Part shown: positions 59,497-64,000 of the stretch, piece after piece
Layout: each line of letters starts with the position of its first letter
Position numbering within the stretch: position 1 is the stretch's first letter
Assembly (NCBI RefSeq): GCF_032926325.1
Contig: NZ_CP136709.1
Location: forward strand, 1,167,447-1,231,446
DNA length: 64,000 bases
Source of the DNA: Aestuariibaculum lutulentum
GTDB taxonomy: Bacteria; Bacteroidota; Bacteroidia; Flavobacteriales; Flavobacteriaceae
Direction of reading: 5' to 3'
Translations under genes and position numbers: made by a program
The notes under the pieces: generated by a model
Told to the model about the DNA's origin: nothing
Databases searched by the model: none
What the model saw: only the letters and a program-made list of their open reading frames with translations

Positions 59497-62427
59497 TCAT
59501 TCTAAATACTTTTTGAGTTTTTCTGCAATTGCTTTTGCTAAAAGAGGAGGTACTGCATTACCTATCTGTATTCCCAGAGAGGTAATATTACCAAAAAACC
59601 TATATGAATCATCAAATGATTGGATTCGAGCAGCCTCCCTTGGAGTAATAGTTCTATTCTTTAACGGATGGGTAATTCTCCCAACAGAAGGAGTGTTAAT
59701 CCTTGTAGTTATTGTGTAAGAAGGTTTTGTTCTGTCTATTCTACCATAAGCTCCACTATGAATAGATTTTGTATGATATTCCCTAGGAAGATCTTTGATT
59801 CCTTGTCCTTCTTTTATAAGTTTTAAAATTTCAATTGTTTTGGGTGTTGGTTTTGAGCTAACATGATTAAAAATATATCCATTAGAACTTCTCATATTAA
59901 TCTGGTAGTTTGAGAATCTTTCTTTGTAATTTTTTGTTGATATTTTTTCATTTCCCTCTCCAGGCTCTAATTCAGGCAAATCTCCGATTGCCTCCCATGC
60001 GCTAATAAATTTCTTAGGATTTTTTTGTGGTTCAGGAAAAAGTTCTTCTGAATTTAATCCAAGTCTATTTCCTATAAAAAATGCTCTTTTCCTTAATTGC
60101 GGAACTCCAAATTCATTTGCACTTAAAACCTTTGAAGTTACATTATACCCAAGGGCTTCAAATTTCTCTATAATCTCTCTTTTAACACTTCCGTTATTAT
60201 AATTTAAAATACCTGGTACATTTTCAATTACAAAAAATTTAGGATTTAAATCTTTAACCATCCTGTAATATTCTAAGAACAAATAATTTCTTTTATCATT
60301 AAAGAACTTAAAATCCTTTCTAATTCTATTACCCGCCATTGAAAACCCTTGGCAAGGAGGTCCTCCAATAATTACATCGCATTCGGCTGATTTTTGCTTG
60401 AATATATTTTCAATAGAGATTTCAGATCTTTTATCTTTTTCTGAACCAGAAACATTTCTTATATCGTCAACTATTAATTTAGTGTTAGGATGGTTATAGA
60501 GATATGTTTTTTCTATTCTTTTATCATACTCAACAGCTGCTACAATATCAAATCCTGCTTTTTCAAAACCATTTGAAAGCCCCCCTGCACCAGCAAACAA
60601 ATCTAAAACTGAAAACTTGTTTTCTTTTTTATCTTTTGTAAACTCCTTCCTATCCCATTTGTATGAGTTGTTTATCATTTTATAATCAAAATGGGATAAC
60701 AGAAGCTTTTCTAAATTTATAACTTTCCCTTTTTTATCTAATACAGCATAATTATTTATGATTTCAGGGATTATAAATTCATAAAGTTGAGAAGAGGTTA
60801 CAGCTCCATTCTGAATCAGAAAATCCTGAACTGAATTAACTATAAAAACCTCACCATCTTCACAAGGTTTTGATAATACTGGTTTATTACAATTTGATTT
60901 TTTGTATGTGTAAACAAAATCCCCGGTCAAAGTATTATTTTTGTTTATTCCTTGTGTTCCTGAAGATACCGCTTGCTCTTGTAAAATTGCTGATTCAAAT
61001 TTGAAGCCGGCATTAGTACATGCATCGATAATAGCCTTCCATACATTTAAATCTCTATTATGAAATGTAAAGGACAGATAAGATTCTGGCTTTAAAACTC
61101 TATACATTTCCTTAAATGCTTCACCTATTCTTTTCGAATAATCTTCATAATCCTTTTCTCGAAAATTATCAATGATTATTTCATCTTCAAATTTAGGTTT
61201 ATTTTTCAACCAGGTATTCCATAAATGACTTAAAGAAAAATAAGCTATACTTTCTCCATAAGGAGGATCTGTAAAAATATAATCAACACTTTCGGAAGAA
61301 ATTGTAGTATTTCTACTATCTAAATTTAATATTTCAGCATTTTCTCCTCCAATATTTTTAAGTTCCTTTTTCCCTTTTTTAATAGCGTTAAATCTTAGTT
61401 CAAAACAATCTATCACATTTCTCTCTGCATGAATATTAGGAACCCAAAATTTACTTATTACCCAACCTGACTTATAAATTCCCTTTTCTGGATCACCTGG
61501 TAGCATACTACTACAGTTAGCCAGCATTGAAGTAAAAATGAAATCAAACAATTCTCTAATATCTTTATTTTTAAGCTTATTAATTTCATATTTAATCTCT
61601 GCTAATATCAATAATGCTCTCTTAGAAAATAGTTCATCAATTGTTTCTTTATTATTCCTCTTTACATATTGAGGAATTTTATCCGTTGGAATTAAATTTT
61701 TTTTGGTTTTAGATAATTCATCTAATAATTTCTCACTTTTTTGAAAAATTTTCAAATCATAACCTGTAGCTTTTTTAACAAACTTACCGTGAATCTCGCA
61801 TTCTCCTTTTAGAGTGAGTAATTCTTCAAATTCCCAAACGGAACAATTAATTTTTGAAACTTTATTGCAGACAGGACAGGGAGATTCATATAAATTCCCA
61901 TATAAATTAACTACCTTACTAAAAATTTTATTATAATTATTTTGAAACTCCTCTAAATCAATTGAACTGATAGAATTTCTAACAATCGAAATACTCATAG
62001 GATTTAAATCAACTCCAATTACCCTCCTTTTAGTTTTAAGTGACTCTATAACAGTAACACCTGACCCCATAAAAGGATCTAATACCACTTGATTCTCTGA
62101 AGTGAAATATTCGATATATTGACGTACAATATTATGAGCCTTTCTCCCCCAATATTTATGCATCAAATAATGCTTAGGATGTGAATGAGCTTTTAAATTA
62201 CCCAATTTAGGCTTTCCATTATTTATTGTTGCTACGTGTATTTCAGAAGCATTGTTTTTTTGATCAATAATATAATTATCAATACTTTCTTTCAAATATC
62301 TTCTGTGTCCAGAGTTTCCAATCCTAATATACTCAATTAAACCAGAGTCTGCATATCTTTTAACTGTTGATTCTGAGACCGATAACACTTCCGCTGCCTC
62401 TTTTGTAGTAAGTTGATTTTTCTTCAT
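59497..62427 (-). CDS. Triple-domain DNA methyltransferase: N-terminal HTH, an N6-adenine/N4-cytosine MTase domain and a C5-cytosine MTase domain (Type IIS-like fused modification enzyme).
   Basis: 976 aa. HTH at the N-terminus (TTKEAAEVLSVSESTVKRYADSGLIEY). Amino-MTase motifs I (VVLDPFMGSGVTV) and IV (FTDPPYGES). C5-MTase motifs I (VLDLFAGAGGLSNGF), IV (IIGGPPCQGFSMAGN), VI (FFVIENVPG), VIII (QLRKRAFFIG) and X (GNAVPPLLA). Confidence 0.9.
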   Translation of the reverse strand: MKKNQLTTKEAAEVLSVSESTVKRYADSGLIEYIRIGNSGHRRYLKESIDNYIIDQKNNASEIHVATINNGKPKLGNLKAHSHPKHYLMHKYWGRKAHNIVRQYIEYFTSENQVVLDPFMGSGVTVIESLKTKRRVIGVDLNPMSISIVRNSISSIDLEEFQNNYNKIFSKVVNLYGNLYESPCPVCNKVSKINCSVWEFEELLTLKGECEIHGKFVKKATGYDLKIFQKSEKLLDELSKTKKNLIPTDKIPQYVKRNNKETIDELFSKRALLILAEIKYEINKLKNKDIRELFDFIFTSMLANCSSMLPGDPEKGIYKSGWVISKFWVPNIHAERNVIDCFELRFNAIKKGKKELKNIGGENAEILNLDSRNTTISSESVDYIFTDPPYGESIAYFSLSHLWNTWLKNKPKFEDEIIIDNFREKDYEDYSKRIGEAFKEMYRVLKPESYLSFTFHNRDLNVWKAIIDACTNAGFKFESAILQEQAVSSGTQGINKNNTLTGDFVYTYKKSNCNKPVLSKPCEDGEVFIVNSVQDFLIQNGAVTSSQLYEFIIPEIINNYAVLDKKGKVINLEKLLLSHFDYKMINNSYKWDRKEFTKDKKENKFSVLDLFAGAGGLSNGFEKAGFDIVAAVEYDKRIEKTYLYNHPNTKLIVDDIRNVSGSEKDKRSEISIENIFKQKSAECDVIIGGPPCQGFSMAGNRIRKDFKFFNDKRNYLFLEYYRMVKDLNPKFFVIENVPGILNYNNGSVKREIIEKFEALGYNVTSKVLSANEFGVPQLRKRAFFIGNRLGLNSEELFPEPQKNPKKFISAWEAIGDLPELEPGEGNEKISTKNYKERFSNYQINMRSSNGYIFNHVSSKPTPKTIEILKLIKEGQGIKDLPREYHTKSIHSGAYGRIDRTKPSYTITTRINTPSVGRITHPLKNRTITPREAARIQSFDDSYRFFGNITSLGIQIGNAVPPLLAKAIAEKLKKYLE

Positions 62428-62495
62428 ATTTTCCGTAACCGTTCAAAACGTTCACAAATCTAATAAATAATGATTAAAATTGTTAAAAATATTAA

Positions 62496-64000
62496 ATGAC
62501 ATCAGAAGATTTTTACACCAAGTTTAAAGAAAAAGGATTTTTATATTCTAAAGAGCAAATTTATAATCTCTTTATTTCATTACAAACAAAGCCTTTTGTT
62601 ATACTTTCAGGTATTTCAGGTTCTGGTAAATCTAAAATAATAGAAATTTTTGCAGAAATATTATCAGAAAATGATAGCCAATATGAATTAGTTCCTGTAA
62701 AACCAAATTGGAGAGATAATCGTAATGTTTTCGGCTATCATAATTTGGTGAACGACACTTATTCTATTACTCCAATCTTAAAATTAATTCTAAAAGCTCA
62801 TTCAAATCCTGACAAACCTTATTTTCTTATTCTTGATGAAATGAATCTAGCAAAGGTTGAACAATATTTTGCCGATTTTTTAAGCTTAATCGAAACAAGA
62901 AGATATACACCTTCTTCTATCGGTACAATAAGTGACCTTAAAAGTGTTTTTAGTTTTCCAGCAGGCACATCTTTATCAGAGGCGATTATAATGTCATGTT
63001 TGCATATAAATCCTAATAATGTTGCTATGTCTATTGGTGATTATCGTTCAGATATATTCTCTACTCTATGGAAAGAAACATTCTTTAACGGAGACCCTGC
63101 TAATTGGACTCCACAATACAGAACAGAAATCAATCAGAAGGATTCCAGTAGTCTACCTTCAAGATTAGCTGGAAAATTATTAGAAGGCAGTGACGGTAGC
63201 TATAAACTCAAAAATTATGACACATTAGATAGTGCATCTCAAGTTGCCTTTGATTCAATAAAAACTACTTATGAAAGTATTAAAAGTCAATTTTTTGATA
63301 TAAAACAACATTCTATACAACTTCATTCAAATTCAGTTTTAAAATCAAATGATTCTTTACCAGCCTACAATTCTGGTGATGCATTTGTACAAGGTTCTTA
63401 TCCAAATTATTCCTATTACGTTCCGCAAGAGATCGAGATTCCTTTAAACTTATTCGTTGTAGGAACTGTAAATGTAGATGAAACCACACATATGTTTAGC
63501 CCTAAAGTATTAGATAGAAGTAATGTAATTGAAATGAACGAAGTGAATTTAGAAAGCATACTTAATAAACCTGAATACTCTAATAATGACAACCTGGCTG
63601 ATGATAATTATTTCTTTGCTACAGATATAGCTCCATTAAAAATAAATTTATCACATACAGCACATGTTATTGAATTTGAAAGCCAATTCAAAACTCAATT
63701 TGATGATATTTTTAAAATTAATGAAAGTTTAAAAAAATACAATAAACACTTTGGCTATAGGGTATTTAATGAAGTTTCTAATTATTGCTTAAATGCTATT
63801 AGTCAATCTTCAAGTGCTAATATTACAGTTGCTACAGATATTCAAATACTTCAAAAAATATTGCCAAAATTACATGGTTCTGCCGAACAGCTATTTAATC
63901 CACTTATGTCCATATTGTCTTTATGTCTTTCAAACGATAGTAATAATTTATCTGCACAATCGGAATATACTGAAGAGGAATTTGAAAATATTTTAAATGA
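62496..64000 (+). CDS. McrB-family AAA+ GTPase (restriction-system motor subunit), partial with the C-terminus beyond the window.
   Basis: Self-translated from an ATG at 62496. Walker A (ILSGISGSGKSKI) and the McrB signature block (YFLILDEMNLAKVEQYFADFLSLIE). No stop before the window end. Confidence 0.85.
   Translation, partial: MTSEDFYTKFKEKGFLYSKEQIYNLFISLQTKPFVILSGISGSGKSKIIEIFAEILSENDSQYELVPVKPNWRDNRNVFGYHNLVNDTYSITPILKLILKAHSNPDKPYFLILDEMNLAKVEQYFADFLSLIETRRYTPSSIGTISDLKSVFSFPAGTSLSEAIIMSCLHINPNNVAMSIGDYRSDIFSTLWKETFFNGDPANWTPQYRTEINQKDSSSLPSRLAGKLLEGSDGSYKLKNYDTLDSASQVAFDSIKTTYESIKSQFFDIKQHSIQLHSNSVLKSNDSLPAYNSGDAFVQGSYPNYSYYVPQEIEIPLNLFVVGTVNVDETTHMFSPKVLDRSNVIEMNEVNLESILNKPEYSNNDNLADDNYFFATDIAPLKINLSHTAHVIEFESQFKTQFDDIFKINESLKKYNKHFGYRVFNEVSNYCLNAISQSSSANITVATDIQILQKILPKLHGSAEQLFNPLMSILSLCLSNDSNNLSAQSEYTEEEFENILN

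Noticed and set aside
63793-63996. A 67-aa ORF near the window end.
   Set aside because: It lies in an alternative frame inside the McrB-family GTPase coding region.

Overview
This 64 kb window looks like a Flavobacteriia-type (Bacteroidetes) chromosome segment, judging by gene content and organisation: SusC/SusD pairs, T9SS C-terminal sorting domains and a TAnnTTTG -7 promoter element. Most of it is ordinary core and accessory chromosome: panD-panC, a GT5 glycogen-synthase-family gene, a DUF4270 lipoprotein, glmS, two tandem paralogous TonB-dependent receptors with an SGNH-hydrolase lipoprotein, atpD-atpC, an orphan UmuD-like S24 peptidase, and a histidine kinase/LytTR/HGSNAT-like membrane acyltransferase operon. 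That operon sits divergently from a chitooligosaccharide-type PUL made of SusC, SusD, a fused NagB-II/PIG-L deacetylase and a GH20 hexosaminidase. Also present are an M61 peptidase, an NfeD-flotillin operon, a MocR regulator divergent from a TonB-receptor+bioB pair, recX-recO, a T9SS beta-propeller protein, gdhA, and DinB/ArsC/SPFH-family genes. The most interesting part is the last ~15 kb. A ~9.7 kb insertion is bounded by a perfect 54-bp direct repeat (49460-49513 and 59213-59266). The repeat consists of the 3' end of a tRNA-Asn(GTT) gene (59253-59326, minus strand) plus its terminator hairpin, which is the classic signature of a tRNA-targeting integrative island. Its cargo is a 1118-aa T9SS type-B adhesin, a lipoprotein, two small overlapping unknown genes, a tyrosine integrase interrupted by a single in-frame TAG, a decayed second integrase remnant, and an unusual 563-aa protein with six tandem Cys/His zinc-ribbon repeats fused to a DUF559/Vsr-like PD-(D/E)xK nuclease domain. 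On the other flank of the tRNA lies a 976-aa triple-domain methyltransferase (HTH + N6A/N4C MTase + C5-cytosine MTase). It is divergently paired with a McrB-family GTPase gene that runs off the window end, suggesting a Type IIS/LlaJI-like or modification-linked restriction system. No rRNA or CRISPR array was found.
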